A stretch of 59,979 nt of DNA, taken from assembly GCA_964634125.1 (NCBI GenBank), contig CAZWIP010000001.1, forward strand, positions 1 to 59,979. Reading direction: 5' to 3'. Origin of the DNA: an uncultured Dehalococcoidia bacterium. GTDB lineage: Bacteria; Chloroflexota; Dehalococcoidia; SZUA-161; SpSt-899. Position 1 is the first letter of the stretch, and every line of letters starts with the position of its first letter. A program made the position numbers and the translations under genes. Of this stretch, positions 8,846 through 18,186 are shown in pieces. The notes beneath the pieces are model-generated. The model was given only the letters and a program-made list of their open reading frames with translations. It made no database searches and was not told the DNA's origin.

Positions 8846-9996
8846 TAGTTCCTCCCCTGTTTCATGATCTCAACAAAGGTTTCCATCCTGGTCTTGAACG
8901 GACTTTTTTCCGAAGTATCATAGTCGGATTCCAATTTAAGGAACGGAAGCCCGGTGACTTTCTCGAATTCCTTTTGAAACGAGTATGACTGGATATCATA
9001 ACCATCCCGGTATAGCATTTGATACCAGAGCAAGCCGCTTATCTTCTTCTCCTTAACCGTATCAAGCAGGAAATCTACTCGTTCCCTTGCTGGCCTGAAC
9101 CATGCCGGCGGTACTCGCTTCATGAAATAGGTATCCGCCAGCGCCAGAATCGGATCGCCATCAAGTGACACATTGTGTGCGTATGGCATCAGCCCTTCGG
9201 CTGCGTCTTCGAATACAAATTCGCCGCCCACTTCATCCATGATATCAAGTATCTTCCCATCTCCCATAGCCAGCGTGGAGGCTGTCAGCAGTACCTGGGG
9301 TTTGTCGGAATCCACCTGTTCTTTCTGTTTCAGTTCTTCGTAAAGGGCTTCCAGAATTTCCATGAAGACTGCTCTGTCTGCCCAGACTGCGGCATGATGC
9401 AGTTTGATGAAGTCGCGCGTGCTGATGACCGGGGTTTTGCCGGGCTGACGCAATGCGCCAATGTTGCGCAAAAGCTCTCTCATCCGATTTTGTGTCTTGA
9501 TCTCTTCTTTCAGTTTAGCATCGGTGATCTGGTTGCCGGTGAACTCTTCCAGTCTCTGTTTGAATTCCTGCAAACTGCCTATATAAAACTCAAGAGCATC
9601 CTCACGTTTGTTGTGCGGAACGCCATAGCGGAGAGTTTTTACATCTGTGTAATAATCCCAGAGGTCGGCAATTGCCCGCTGGTTGATATCGCCAATAGGA
9701 GTAACGACTATATCGGGGAGCTGGTATAGGACCTCTTCCTCCATCATCCGATATCCGATCTGACATCTGCAGAAGGTATCGATGAATCTGGGGACATAAG
9801 CCATGCTCTCGGCTACCGGTTCCGGATCTCCTCCTCTAAGAAGGCACAGGGGCAATGCTCCGGCAGCATAAACCATCTCTTCGGGCATGTATCCGCCCGG
9901 GATATATCCTATGATTTTTTTACCACTCTTTTTAATCTGTCTTAGTTCGGGTCGTCTCTTTGAAAGATGGTCTGACAGTCTTTGCATTGCATCCAT
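8845..9996 (-). CDS. 2-hydroxyacyl-CoA dehydratase family protein, second component (HgdB/BcrB-like)
   Basis: It carries IIGYIPGGYMPEE and FIDTFCRCQIGY blocks. By eye it is roughly half identical to 21956-23098. AGGAGGG lies upstream of the ATG. Confidence 0.9.
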   Translation of the reverse strand: MDAMQRLSDHLSKRRPELRQIKKSGKKIIGYIPGGYMPEEMVYAAGALPLCLLRGGDPEPVAESMAYVPRFIDTFCRCQIGYRMMEEEVLYQLPDIVVTPIGDINQRAIADLWDYYTDVKTLRYGVPHNKREDALEFYIGSLQEFKQRLEEFTGNQITDAKLKEEIKTQNRMRELLRNIGALRQPGKTPVISTRDFIKLHHAAVWADRAVFMEILEALYEELKQKEQVDSDKPQVLLTASTLAMGDGKILDIMDEVGGEFVFEDAAEGLMPYAHNVSLDGDPILALADTYFMKRVPPAWFRPARERVDFLLDTVKEKKISGLLWYQMLYRDGYDIQSYSFQKEFEKVTGLPFLKLESDYDTSEKSPFKTRMETFVEIMKQGRN

Positions 9997-10123
9997 ATGT
10001 GTTCATCCCTCCTGTGCGCAGAAGCTGTAAATCCACGCGCATTATGTATTTTAAGTTACTCACCTGGTGCGGTGAAGAGGATGATGATTCGAACTATTTA
10101 TTAGTAAAACCATCATAATAATT

Positions 10124-10152
10124 ATGTTACTCTCACGCAAAGTCATTGTCAA
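10124..10152 (-). promoter_or_regulatory. sigma70-like promoter candidate for the dehydratase/activase operon
   Basis: On the minus strand: TTGACA (complement of 10147-10152), a 17-nt spacer, then TAACAT (complement of 10124-10129). It sits about 120 nt upstream of the ATG at 9996. Confidence 0.4.
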
Positions 10153-10351
10153 GACTTGAAAAAGAGATTAATCTCTATGAGAAACACATTAACGCCGCTT
10201 TATGCGAAAGAGGTGTAGGATTCTTCCTGCCGTAGGTCTGGGGTTCCCTCCCCGGTAGTGATGAAATAAATTCCCGGTTTCATAGGAATGACATGGTCTT
10301 AATTAAGCAAACCACTGCAAAGAAGCGTTAGGGACAGTACTCGTATTCAGG

Positions 10352-11020
10352 TCAATTACCGGAAATGGGCCAGAATTGGCGTTCCCTTATTGCCACTTTA
10401 TATCCGCGATTCGTGAGATCATTTATCAAACCGCTTGTATCATCTGTATCTACTTGAACAATCAGGTCTCGCGTATCTCTCTCAAGTGAATCATCCACAT
10501 GGATTGCTACAATGCTGAGATCTGATTTATTGATAAACCTCACTACCTCTTCGATTTTATTAGTATCGCCACAGTCATAAACATGGATACGTGTTCCAGG
10601 TTTTCCAATCCCTAATAGTGGATTCATAATACGATAAACAAAATCGTTTGTTGTTACTATACCTACAAGATGGCCTTTATCATCGACCACAGGCAATGAC
10701 CCAACCCCATGCTGCTGCGCTAAAGCAAGGGCACTTTCGGCTGTGGTGTCTGGAGGACACGTTATCGCTTTTTTACTCATTAATTCCGCTATTGTCATCT
10801 TCGATAGAAGATGATTGATCTCCCACACACTCAAAGTAGTAGCGGCTGATGGTGATGCTTCGGCCACTCTTCTTTCACTCACCATCCCCACGATTTTACC
10901 TTTATCTACAACTGGCAAACGTCGTACTTTGTGGACTTGCATGTACTTTCTGGCATCCACCACCGGCGTCTTGCTGGAAACAGTTATCACATTGGTTGTC
11001 ATGAACTCTCTAACACGCAT
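10352..11020 (-). CDS. CBS-pair protein with C-terminal ACT-like domain (AcuB-like)
   Basis: Two CBS repeats are visible (VITVSSKTPV...RRLPVVDKGKIVGMVS and AITCPPDTTA...GSLPVVDDKGHLVGIVT). I chose the ATG at 11020, which is preceded by GGAGGG and yields MRVREFM. Confidence 0.8.
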   Translation of the reverse strand: MRVREFMTTNVITVSSKTPVVDARKYMQVHKVRRLPVVDKGKIVGMVSERRVAEASPSAATTLSVWEINHLLSKMTIAELMSKKAITCPPDTTAESALALAQQHGVGSLPVVDDKGHLVGIVTTNDFVYRIMNPLLGIGKPGTRIHVYDCGDTNKIEEVVRFINKSDLSIVAIHVDDSLERDTRDLIVQVDTDDTSGLINDLTNRGYKVAIRERQFWPISGN

Positions 11021-11165
11021 CGTTTCCCTCCAGTTTTTGCCATTTGATTGCACATTGTCACACTTCAGCCCTCACATGTCAAGTGTTAACTCGCTCCGCC
11101 CTGCATGTCGGTATGTTACCAAGGCCATTTTTTCATCGCCCAAGTAATGGTAGAATAAAAATGCA

Positions 11166-13112
11166 ATGATATACGATGTAGTAGTTGTTGGTGGAGGTCA
11201 TGCCGGATGTGAAGCAGCTCTGGCAGCAGCTCGGATGGGCTGCCATACACTTCTTCTGACTATGAATCTGGATAATGTTGCCCTCATGCCTTGTAACCCT
11301 TCCATCGGAGGGCCAGCAAAAGGACATCTCGTCCGGGAAATCGATGCTCTGGGCGGAGAGATGGGTAAAAATACCGATGAAACTTTTATCCAGATACGTA
11401 TGCTTAATACAGGAAAAGGGCCAGCAGTTCAAGCTCTTCGGGCTCAATCAGATAAGAAACTCTATAATTTGCGAATGAGGAGTATACTTGAAGGTCAGGT
11501 GAATCTGTATATTGAACAAGCTCTCGTTGAAATGCTGCAAATTGATGAAAATGAATCGAGCCAAATCTTACGGATTATTACCGATGCAAACCATGTATAC
11601 GAAAGTAAGACAGTCATACTCACAACCGGGACTTCTCTTTCCGGAAGAATAATCATTGGCGAAAAAAGCTACGCCGGAGGGAGATCCGGAGAGGCTGCTG
11701 CCTATGGCCTTTCTGACAACCTGCGTGATCTGGGCTTTGAACTGGGGAGATTGAAAACAGGAACACCACCACGGCTGGATGTTCGAACCATAGATTTTTC
11801 TAAAACCATCGTGCAACCGGGTAGTGAATTTCCTTTGTATTTCAGTTTCGGTTCCCCATCTAGAGACCTGTGCTTTCCATCTCCAAATCCTGCTTATCCT
11901 CAGAATGGCCAGATTGAATGGCGAGAACAGATGTCGTGCTACCTTATCAATACCAACGATAGAACGCACGAAATCATACGTTCCAACCTGCATCGAGCCC
12001 CTCTTTTCAATGGCACAATTGAAGGCATGGGCCCACGATATTGCCCTTCTATCGAAGATAAAATATTCAAATTTGCCGATAAACCCTCTCATCCGCTCTT
12101 CCTCGAACCCGAGGGCTGGGAGACTAACGAAGTATACCTGCAAGGTGCCAACACCAGTCTCCCGGAAGATGTTCAACTTGAAATGATACGCTCCATACCA
12201 GCCCTGGAGAACGCCGAGATTATCCGATTGGGATATGCGATCGAATACGACTACGCGCCACCAAGCCAGATATTGAGTACGCTGGAAACCAAACGTATTC
12301 CCGGGCTCTTCTTTGCGGGACAGATTAACGGCACCACAGGTTACGAAGAGGCAGCCGGGCAAGGACTCATTGCTGGAATAAATGCAGCATTGAAAGTAAA
12401 GGGGAAATCACCTATTATCATCCAGCGAGATCAAGGTTATCTGGGAGTAATGATCGATGATCTCGTCACAAAGGAATTGACCGAGCCATATCGACTGCTT
12501 ACCTCACGAGCGGAATATCGCCTCTTGCTTCGCCACGATAATGCTGACCTTCGAATGACTCCTATTGGCTATGGATTGGGCCTGATCGGAAAAGAACGTT
12601 ATCAAGCAGTTAAAGCTAAAAAACACTCCATACCTGCCGAACTTGATCGACTTTCGAAGACTGTGCTGGTCGCTGAGAAGCTAAGCGATTCCATTGAAAA
12701 CCATCGTCTCCCTTCACTTGGTCACAACACCACAGCTTTGGAGTATCTGCGCCGCCCGGAAGTGAGTTACCAGTCTCTGAATACACTCGGATTCGCAAAT
12801 CCTAACCTTACTCCCGACTGTATAGTGCAAGTAGAGATCGAGACCAAATACGAAGGCTACATCGAAAGGCAAGAGACTGCCGTACATAGAATGCAGAAGC
12901 TTGAGCAACGTCGCATACCTGAGTGGTTTGAATATAAGGAAATCACAGGGCTGCGTTATGAAGCCTGCCATAAACTCCAGCAGTTCAAGCCTCAGACGCT
13001 TGGACAGGCATCGCGCATAGATGGTGTCACACCCGCTGATATAGCTCTGATAATGGTTCATCTTGAACGGGCTCGGGGAAATGGGAAACAAGTCCATTCA
13101 AGAAGATGTTAA
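11166..13112 (+). CDS. mnmG: tRNA uridine 5-carboxymethylaminomethyl modification enzyme MnmG (GidA)
   Basis: The N-terminus reads YDVVVVGGGHAGCEAALAAARMG (FAD motif), followed by NPSIGGPAKGHLVREIDALGG and GPRYCPSIEDK. The length is about 648 aa. Confidence 0.95.
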   Translation: MIYDVVVVGGGHAGCEAALAAARMGCHTLLLTMNLDNVALMPCNPSIGGPAKGHLVREIDALGGEMGKNTDETFIQIRMLNTGKGPAVQALRAQSDKKLYNLRMRSILEGQVNLYIEQALVEMLQIDENESSQILRIITDANHVYESKTVILTTGTSLSGRIIIGEKSYAGGRSGEAAAYGLSDNLRDLGFELGRLKTGTPPRLDVRTIDFSKTIVQPGSEFPLYFSFGSPSRDLCFPSPNPAYPQNGQIEWREQMSCYLINTNDRTHEIIRSNLHRAPLFNGTIEGMGPRYCPSIEDKIFKFADKPSHPLFLEPEGWETNEVYLQGANTSLPEDVQLEMIRSIPALENAEIIRLGYAIEYDYAPPSQILSTLETKRIPGLFFAGQINGTTGYEEAAGQGLIAGINAALKVKGKSPIIIQRDQGYLGVMIDDLVTKELTEPYRLLTSRAEYRLLLRHDNADLRMTPIGYGLGLIGKERYQAVKAKKHSIPAELDRLSKTVLVAEKLSDSIENHRLPSLGHNTTALEYLRRPEVSYQSLNTLGFANPNLTPDCIVQVEIETKYEGYIERQETAVHRMQKLEQRRIPEWFEYKEITGLRYEACHKLQQFKPQTLGQASRIDGVTPADIALIMVHLERARGNGKQVHSRRC

Positions 13113-13146
13113 AAGTAATTACCCTTCATAGATGTAAGGAGAAGTT

Positions 13147-13485
13147 ATGTCCTGTATATTTTGTCAGATTGCGTCAAAAGAGATTCCCAGCGAGTTGATT
13201 TACGAAGATGATGAATTGATCGCTTTCCATGATATTCACCCTCAAGCGCCAGTACATTTTCTGGTTTTGCCTAAGAAGCATATCCCCCGATTGACGAATA
13301 TAACCAATGAAGATTTCTCACTCGTCGGCAAAATGACCCGAATAGCAACCGAGTTAGCTGAAAAAGAAGGGGTATCCAATGGATTCCGCATCGCGGTAAA
13401 CTGTGGTGAGCAGGGTGGACAGACTGTCTGGCATGTACATATGCACGTGCTGGGCGGACGGCAATTAAATGGGTATCTGGGTTGA
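13147..13485 (+). CDS. HIT family (histidine triad) protein
   Basis: The histidine triad HVHMHVLGG is present. The protein is 112 aa, and AAGGAG precedes the ATG. Confidence 0.9.
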   Translation: MSCIFCQIASKEIPSELIYEDDELIAFHDIHPQAPVHFLVLPKKHIPRLTNITNEDFSLVGKMTRIATELAEKEGVSNGFRIAVNCGEQGGQTVWHVHMHVLGGRQLNGYLG

Positions 13486-13488
13486 ATT

Positions 13489-14016
13489 ATGAGTAAATTA
13501 GATAGTATCAGGCAACTACTAAACAACAATCCAGACCTGGTGTGGAATGAACACTCTGCAAAACATGAACACCTGCGACACGAAGGCTCATATTACTACT
13601 CCACGGCCATCCAGGTTGCGCCTAAAGAACCTATGTTATTCTTTGCTAAACTCAAGGAATTATCAGATAGTCTAACCCGTGATTTAGCTCCAATAGGTAC
13701 TACCAACATCACCGAATGTTATGAATATTTCGAGACAAAACACGACGTGATCAAAACTGCCACATTATACTATTCCGAAGAAATCAACCTGCCTGAAGAG
13801 AAAGACACTATCGAGAGGCGTATAGCTGTAACAATATACCCATGCGAAGTCATGTCTGAAAATATGGGAATCAGAGGATTAATAGAGGTTAGTCACTACG
13901 AATGTCCTAACCCATGTAAGCAATTCAAGGAATGCACTTTCAAAGGATACTGGCGAGGGCCTATCGATAGCATACTGGATATACGCTTCCCACTTCGCGG
14001 TTCAGGTGGTCAGTAA
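13489..14016 (+). CDS. hypothetical protein (175 aa)
   Basis: The ORF starts 3 nt after the HIT gene stop codon. I recognise no motif. Confidence 0.55.
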   Translation: MSKLDSIRQLLNNNPDLVWNEHSAKHEHLRHEGSYYYSTAIQVAPKEPMLFFAKLKELSDSLTRDLAPIGTTNITECYEYFETKHDVIKTATLYYSEEINLPEEKDTIERRIAVTIYPCEVMSENMGIRGLIEVSHYECPNPCKQFKECTFKGYWRGPIDSILDIRFPLRGSGGQ

Positions 14017-14137
14017 TTCAGAGTGAATAATTCGCTTTCCCCACTTTGATATTTTCTGTGTACTCGAAAACCCCAATCAGTTGGGAATGAAGCAGACCAA
14101 CTTCCTTGCCCCTGGTATTCGTCCCTCAATACACCCA

Positions 14138-15463
14138 CTAATCAGGCCAATAGAGCTTCTTGGCTTCTTTCTCAAGTTCAGCCCGAAAATCAGGATGGGC
14201 TACACCTATGAGCTCCATAGCCCGTTCTCTCTGGGTCTTCCCTCTCAATTTAGCCACTCCATATTCGGTGACTATGGTATCAGCCAGTGTTCGAGGGGTA
14301 CTCACTACTGTTCCTGGGGTCAATTGAGGAACGATCCTGGACATCTCTCCGCTTTTAGCTGTGGAAGGAATAGCAGTGATAGCACGACCGCCCTTTGAAA
14401 GATATGCTCCAATTGCAAAAGATGTTTGACCGCCAGCACCGCTCATCATCTTGGTACCAATAGATTCTGCTGATATCTGCCCGGTCAAATCGACCATAAT
14501 TGCGCTATTAATGGCAATGACATTATCATTCTCTGAGATCACCTTGGGATTGAGGCAATAACTGGAGGGATGTACTTCAAACTGGGGATTCATATTGATA
14601 TAGTCCATCTCGTCCTTAGTACCCCCACCGACTGCTGTAGCCACTGCTTTTCCAATGTTGATCTGTTTGCGTTTTCCGCTGATGACTCCGTTCTTAACCA
14701 GCGTAGCCACCCCCCGGGGTGTATTTTCGGAGTGCCACCCCAGATCGTTTTTATTATCTAGCACTCCGAGCCGAGCAACCCATTCAGCAGTACCACCAAC
14801 TCCAATTTCCAGGCACCCGCCATCCGGAACGAGTTCCCCAATATATCCAGCGACTGTCTTTTCCAGTTCGCCCGGCCCGCTTACTTTTCTGCCCAGCAAG
14901 TCGGTGCCACCGGGAAGTCTTTCTGATGGGGTATGCTCCACAAAGCAGTCTATTTCAGAGACATGAACAAAGTTTTCTCCGTACGTGCGTACATTCCTTT
15001 TATTTACTTCAGCTAAAACGTATTTGGCATTTTGACACAGTTCGCGTTTGTTCCAGCATGAGGCACCTAAACTGCAATTGCCGTGCTCATCGGGTTCGCC
15101 AACCTGGATAAGGTAGGCATCAATAGGCTTCATAAAATCAACATCGGCGGCAGCAAAAAGTCCCACTACCTGAAAATCGCCTCTTTTTTCATCCATCATC
15201 TCACGGACAAGGGGTAATACATACGGTATTTCAAACTGGAAGGACTCTGCAAAAATGGGGTCGAACCAGGGAAGATCTCTACCGCCACCGCCATGAACTC
15301 TGACACCGGTTATCTCACCGATGCGTGAAGACAATGCCAAGCCCAGAGCTAGAGGTTCCGGCTGACTCAGTACTACATAATTACCGGACTCAATGACCTT
15401 CACCGCTTCTTCCGGTGTGGTCATTTTCTTTTCGAATTCTTCTTGCCAGGTTTCAAGCGACAT
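14138..15463 (-). CDS. acetyl-CoA hydrolase/transferase family protein (4-hydroxybutyrate CoA-transferase-like)
   Basis: 441 aa with the family-typical GGQTSF block and a C-terminal domain typical of the family. AGGAGGA precedes the ATG. Confidence 0.9.
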   Translation of the reverse strand: MSLETWQEEFEKKMTTPEEAVKVIESGNYVVLSQPEPLALGLALSSRIGEITGVRVHGGGGRDLPWFDPIFAESFQFEIPYVLPLVREMMDEKRGDFQVVGLFAAADVDFMKPIDAYLIQVGEPDEHGNCSLGASCWNKRELCQNAKYVLAEVNKRNVRTYGENFVHVSEIDCFVEHTPSERLPGGTDLLGRKVSGPGELEKTVAGYIGELVPDGGCLEIGVGGTAEWVARLGVLDNKNDLGWHSENTPRGVATLVKNGVISGKRKQINIGKAVATAVGGGTKDEMDYINMNPQFEVHPSSYCLNPKVISENDNVIAINSAIMVDLTGQISAESIGTKMMSGAGGQTSFAIGAYLSKGGRAITAIPSTAKSGEMSRIVPQLTPGTVVSTPRTLADTIVTEYGVAKLRGKTQRERAMELIGVAHPDFRAELEKEAKKLYWPD

Positions 15464-15482
15464 TACGTCCTCCTATCAGGTT

Positions 15483-15557
15483 GTCATTCTGAGGGAGTGA
15501 AGCGACTGAAGAATCTCCTTTAATGAGCATGAGATTCTTCACTTCGTTCAGAATGAC
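15483..15557. repeat. palindromic intergenic element, family A copy 2
   Basis: GTCATTCTGAGGGAGTGAAGCGACTGAAGAATCTC ... GAGATTCTTCACTTCGTTCAGAATGAC. Confidence 0.8.
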
Positions 15558-15683
15558 ATGTTGATTACAAACTAAATCCCAATGCTCCACCGTATAGAGA
15601 GCATTGGGATTTGATTATACGAGATTGCGATTTCACTAGTGTCCATCAACCCCCTATATCCCCCACTCTTGGGGGAGGTTTTA

Positions 15684-15702
15684 ACCGGGGGACACCCCCG
15701 GA
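15684..15702. repeat. hairpin repeat, family D copy 1
   Basis: ACCGGGGGACACCCCCGGA, with stem CCGGGGG/CCCCCGG and loop ACA. It is identical over 19 nt to 20097-20115, and the flanks are also similar (TTGGG.GA.GGT...ACCGGGGG). It lies just 3' of a minus-strand gene. Confidence 0.65.
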
Positions 15703-15736
15703 AGTCCTTCCGGTACCGGGAGGGATGCATCTCTTA

Positions 15737-16642
15737 CTAGTCGACTTTCCCTTTAAATCGATCGTCGCGGCCTTTGAATCCAGCCTTGGTTCCCTTGTCA
15801 CGCCTCTCCTTGAAGAAGTTGTACTCATCGGCTTCCCACCGCAGATTGGTAAACATGGTGTGAGTGATATCCTGAAGGCTGTTGGTTAGCCCCCAACCTT
15901 CAAAAATTAGTCGGCGGGTTGCTTTGCCAATAGCGATGCCATCGCGAGGAAGCAGACACATGGACTCGGCCATCTTCTCGACTTCCGCATCCAACTGATC
16001 TTCAGGTACAGACTTCGTGACCAGACCAATTCGGGCAGCTTCATCACCTTTGACAATGCGACCGGTAAGAAGCATATCTGTTGCTCTCTTTATACCAATG
16101 GTCATCATCAGCAAATTCACAGGAGCTCCACTTCCGGCAAAACCCAAGCGCTGTTCAACACAACCAAACTTGGCATTATCAGCAGCTATGGCAAGATCAG
16201 CATGCAGCGGAATGTAGACGCCACCGCCGAGGCAGTTACCGTGACACCTTACAATTGTGATTTTGGGAATGAGGAACAGTTTCATAGCCAGATCATGGAA
16301 GAAACCTTTATCCACAGAGTATCGTATCCTCTGGCTAGCCTTGCGTTCGTCCTTCTGACCGGTACCCATACCATAGATGAATCCCACGCCACCAAGATCA
16401 TGCCCGGAGTGGAAGTCTTTACCCTTTCCACCGATAACAATAACTTTAATATCATCATCGAATTCGGCATCATCGAGGGCATACCAGTACTGGTCGGTCA
16501 GTCCTTTCTGCCCGGGCCAATCGGTGGCATTTCGGTTTTCAGGATCGTTGAAGGTGATGTAAGCTACATTCCCCTTCTTTTCATATATTATCTTGTTGAA
16601 CTCAACCGGTGCGAGTTCCAAATGTGGATGTAATTGTGCCAT
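15737..16642 (-). CDS. enoyl-CoA hydratase/isomerase (crotonase) family protein
   Basis: A crotonase fold is evident from ITFNDPENRNA, VIVIGGKGKDFHSGHDL and CHGNCLGGG. The protein is 301 aa. Confidence 0.9.
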   Translation of the reverse strand: MAQLHPHLELAPVEFNKIIYEKKGNVAYITFNDPENRNATDWPGQKGLTDQYWYALDDAEFDDDIKVIVIGGKGKDFHSGHDLGGVGFIYGMGTGQKDERKASQRIRYSVDKGFFHDLAMKLFLIPKITIVRCHGNCLGGGVYIPLHADLAIAADNAKFGCVEQRLGFAGSGAPVNLLMMTIGIKRATDMLLTGRIVKGDEAARIGLVTKSVPEDQLDAEVEKMAESMCLLPRDGIAIGKATRRLIFEGWGLTNSLQDITHTMFTNLRWEADEYNFFKERRDKGTKAGFKGRDDRFKGKVD

Positions 16643-16680
16643 ATTATTCTCCCCTTCTGATTATTCTCCTCAATAACAAT

Positions 16681-16756
16681 GTCATTCTGAGCCTATGGCG
16701 AAGAATCTCTTTCATTTAGAAGATTCTTCATTTCGCTACGCTCCATTCAGAATGAC
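16681..16756. repeat. palindromic intergenic element, family A copy 3
   Basis: GTCATTCTGAGCCTATGGCGAAGAATCTCT ... AGAAGATTCTTCATTTCGCTACGCTCCATTCAGAATGAC. Confidence 0.8.
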
Positions 16757-16761
16757 AAACC

Positions 16762-17715
16762 CTATTTCTTTTCTTTCGGTGGTTGCTCAGGTGCTGGATT
16801 CTTGTAATTGACCAGCAGTTTTTCTTTGGCGATCTGGGCGCATTGACCAAAGGTCCATGGGCCATCTATGTTAGGGTTATGCCGCTCTTGCAGCGTAATC
16901 TCTGGCTGACTGAACAGTCCCAGCGCACCCGGAGTGGTCAGGAACACCTGGCCATTGACGTCTTTAGCCTCGTCACTGGCAAGATATGCCATAAAGGTAG
17001 TGAAGTATTCCGGAGGCATGGTATCCAGAGCCATTTCGTCGGCTTTTTCCTGCGTCATCAGGCCGGCCTCAACGCGCTTGGCGATCATCTTTTTGACATC
17101 TTCTCCCTGCACCATTCGGGTTGAGGCACGAGGGACAAAAACGTTACAGGTCACTCCATATTTGCCAAGCTCTCTGGCCGTGCCGTACGAGAAACTGGCG
17201 ATACCGCCCTTAGCGGCACCGTAGTTGATATGGGTAACTCCACCCTGATAGGCTTCGGAAACGCAGTTGATGATGCGTCCGTAGCGCTGCTCTCTCATCA
17301 GAGGTGCGGCATGCCGAGTGGTGTTGAAAGTTCCCTTAAGATGAACCGCGACAACCTGATCGAACTCCTCTTCGGACATATTCCAGATCATCTTGGGCCT
17401 GTCGATTCCTGCAATATTTACCAGAATATCGATCCTGCCGAAATTATCCACGCAAGCTTTGATCATTCCTTCGGCATCTGCGAAGCTGGCAACATTGCCA
17501 TAATTTGCTACGGCCTTAACACCGAATGCTTCGCATTCCTTGACTACTTCATCAGCCGGCGAGGCCTCTTGATTTCCACTCCCATCCATCGATCCGCCCA
17601 GGTCGCAAACAACCACATTTGCGCCTTCTTGTGCCAGTGCCAGACACACCGTTCGGCCAATTCCGCGTCCACCGCCGGTTACCACTGCGTTTTTACCTAC
17701 TAATCTGTCACCCAT
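16762..17715 (-). CDS. SDR family oxidoreductase, MFE-2-type (R)-3-hydroxyacyl-CoA dehydrogenase-like
   Basis: TGGGRGIGR (TGxxxGxG) and the catalytic YGAAK (YxxxK) are present. The overall layout resembles the dehydrogenase domain of multifunctional enzyme type 2. It lies adjacent to MaoC hydratase genes. Confidence 0.85.
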   Translation of the reverse strand: MGDRLVGKNAVVTGGGRGIGRTVCLALAQEGANVVVCDLGGSMDGSGNQEASPADEVVKECEAFGVKAVANYGNVASFADAEGMIKACVDNFGRIDILVNIAGIDRPKMIWNMSEEEFDQVVAVHLKGTFNTTRHAAPLMREQRYGRIINCVSEAYQGGVTHINYGAAKGGIASFSYGTARELGKYGVTCNVFVPRASTRMVQGEDVKKMIAKRVEAGLMTQEKADEMALDTMPPEYFTTFMAYLASDEAKDVNGQVFLTTPGALGLFSQPEITLQERHNPNIDGPWTFGQCAQIAKEKLLVNYKNPAPEQPPKEKK

Positions 17716-17741
17716 TTCAAACTCCTTAAAGTTAATAAACT

Positions 17742-18176
17742 CTATCCCTTGCTGGGAAGAGCGGCCATCGCCGTACCGAAGGTGGTCTTTTTACCCTCCG
17801 GATTCTCGCCCCAGACATCCAGTTCAACGAGGTTCTCCCCATTCTCCTGGCTCTTTTTTGTAACCGTACCTTTAACTGTGAACTCATCGCCAGGGAAGTC
17901 AGCTCCCCGATTGTTACACGTCAGCTTTGTGACCTTGCCATCATTACCCATCCAATCTGTAACAGCACGGGCCAGCAGCGCGCTCTTAAGCCTGCCGTGG
18001 ACGATGACATCCTTAAATCCCTGAGCTGTGGCGGTGTCTTTATCATAGTGAAGTTCGTAGAGATCACCAGCGGTTACCGCATAGATAACAAGGTCTTTCT
18101 TTGAGATTTTCTGCTTGAGCGGGGTGATCTCATCACCTTCGTTGACGTCTTCAAAAAATACTTGATGATGTGGCAT
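17742..18176 (-). CDS. MaoC-family (R)-specific enoyl-CoA hydratase, hotdog subunit
   Basis: A single 144-aa hotdog with a MaoC-like core (TAGDLYELHYD...VHGRL). AGGAGGA precedes the ATG. Confidence 0.85.
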   Translation of the reverse strand: MPHHQVFFEDVNEGDEITPLKQKISKKDLVIYAVTAGDLYELHYDKDTATAQGFKDVIVHGRLKSALLARAVTDWMGNDGKVTKLTCNNRGADFPGDEFTVKGTVTKKSQENGENLVELDVWGENPEGKKTTFGTAMAALPSKG

Positions 18177-18186
18177 TATTTTCCTC

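Noticed and set aside
6311-9996. Interpretation as class I (ATP-dependent) benzoyl-CoA reductase BcrABCD
   Set aside because: Only one BadF/BcrA-type ATPase gene is present instead of the two distinct ones in BcrAD/BzdPQ. No dienoyl-CoA hydratase, Had or Oah set is adjacent. The dehydratase-type architecture is the simpler reading, although phylogeny is needed.
11568-12362. 264-aa minus-strand ORF
   Set aside because: It lies inside mnmG on the opposite strand. mnmG is unambiguous, so this is a shadow ORF.
13483-13491. HIT gene TGA stop is in frame with the downstream 175-aa ORF, raising possible Sec read-through given selC in the window
   Set aside because: The downstream ORF has its own ATG 3 nt later. 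I see no SECIS-like hairpin directly after the TGA. Same-frame juxtaposition happens by chance one time in three.
15483-16756. CRISPR array, considered because of recurring short repeats
   Set aside because: The repeats are internally palindromic, separated by whole genes rather than 30-40-bp spacers, and not regularly spaced. No cas genes are present.
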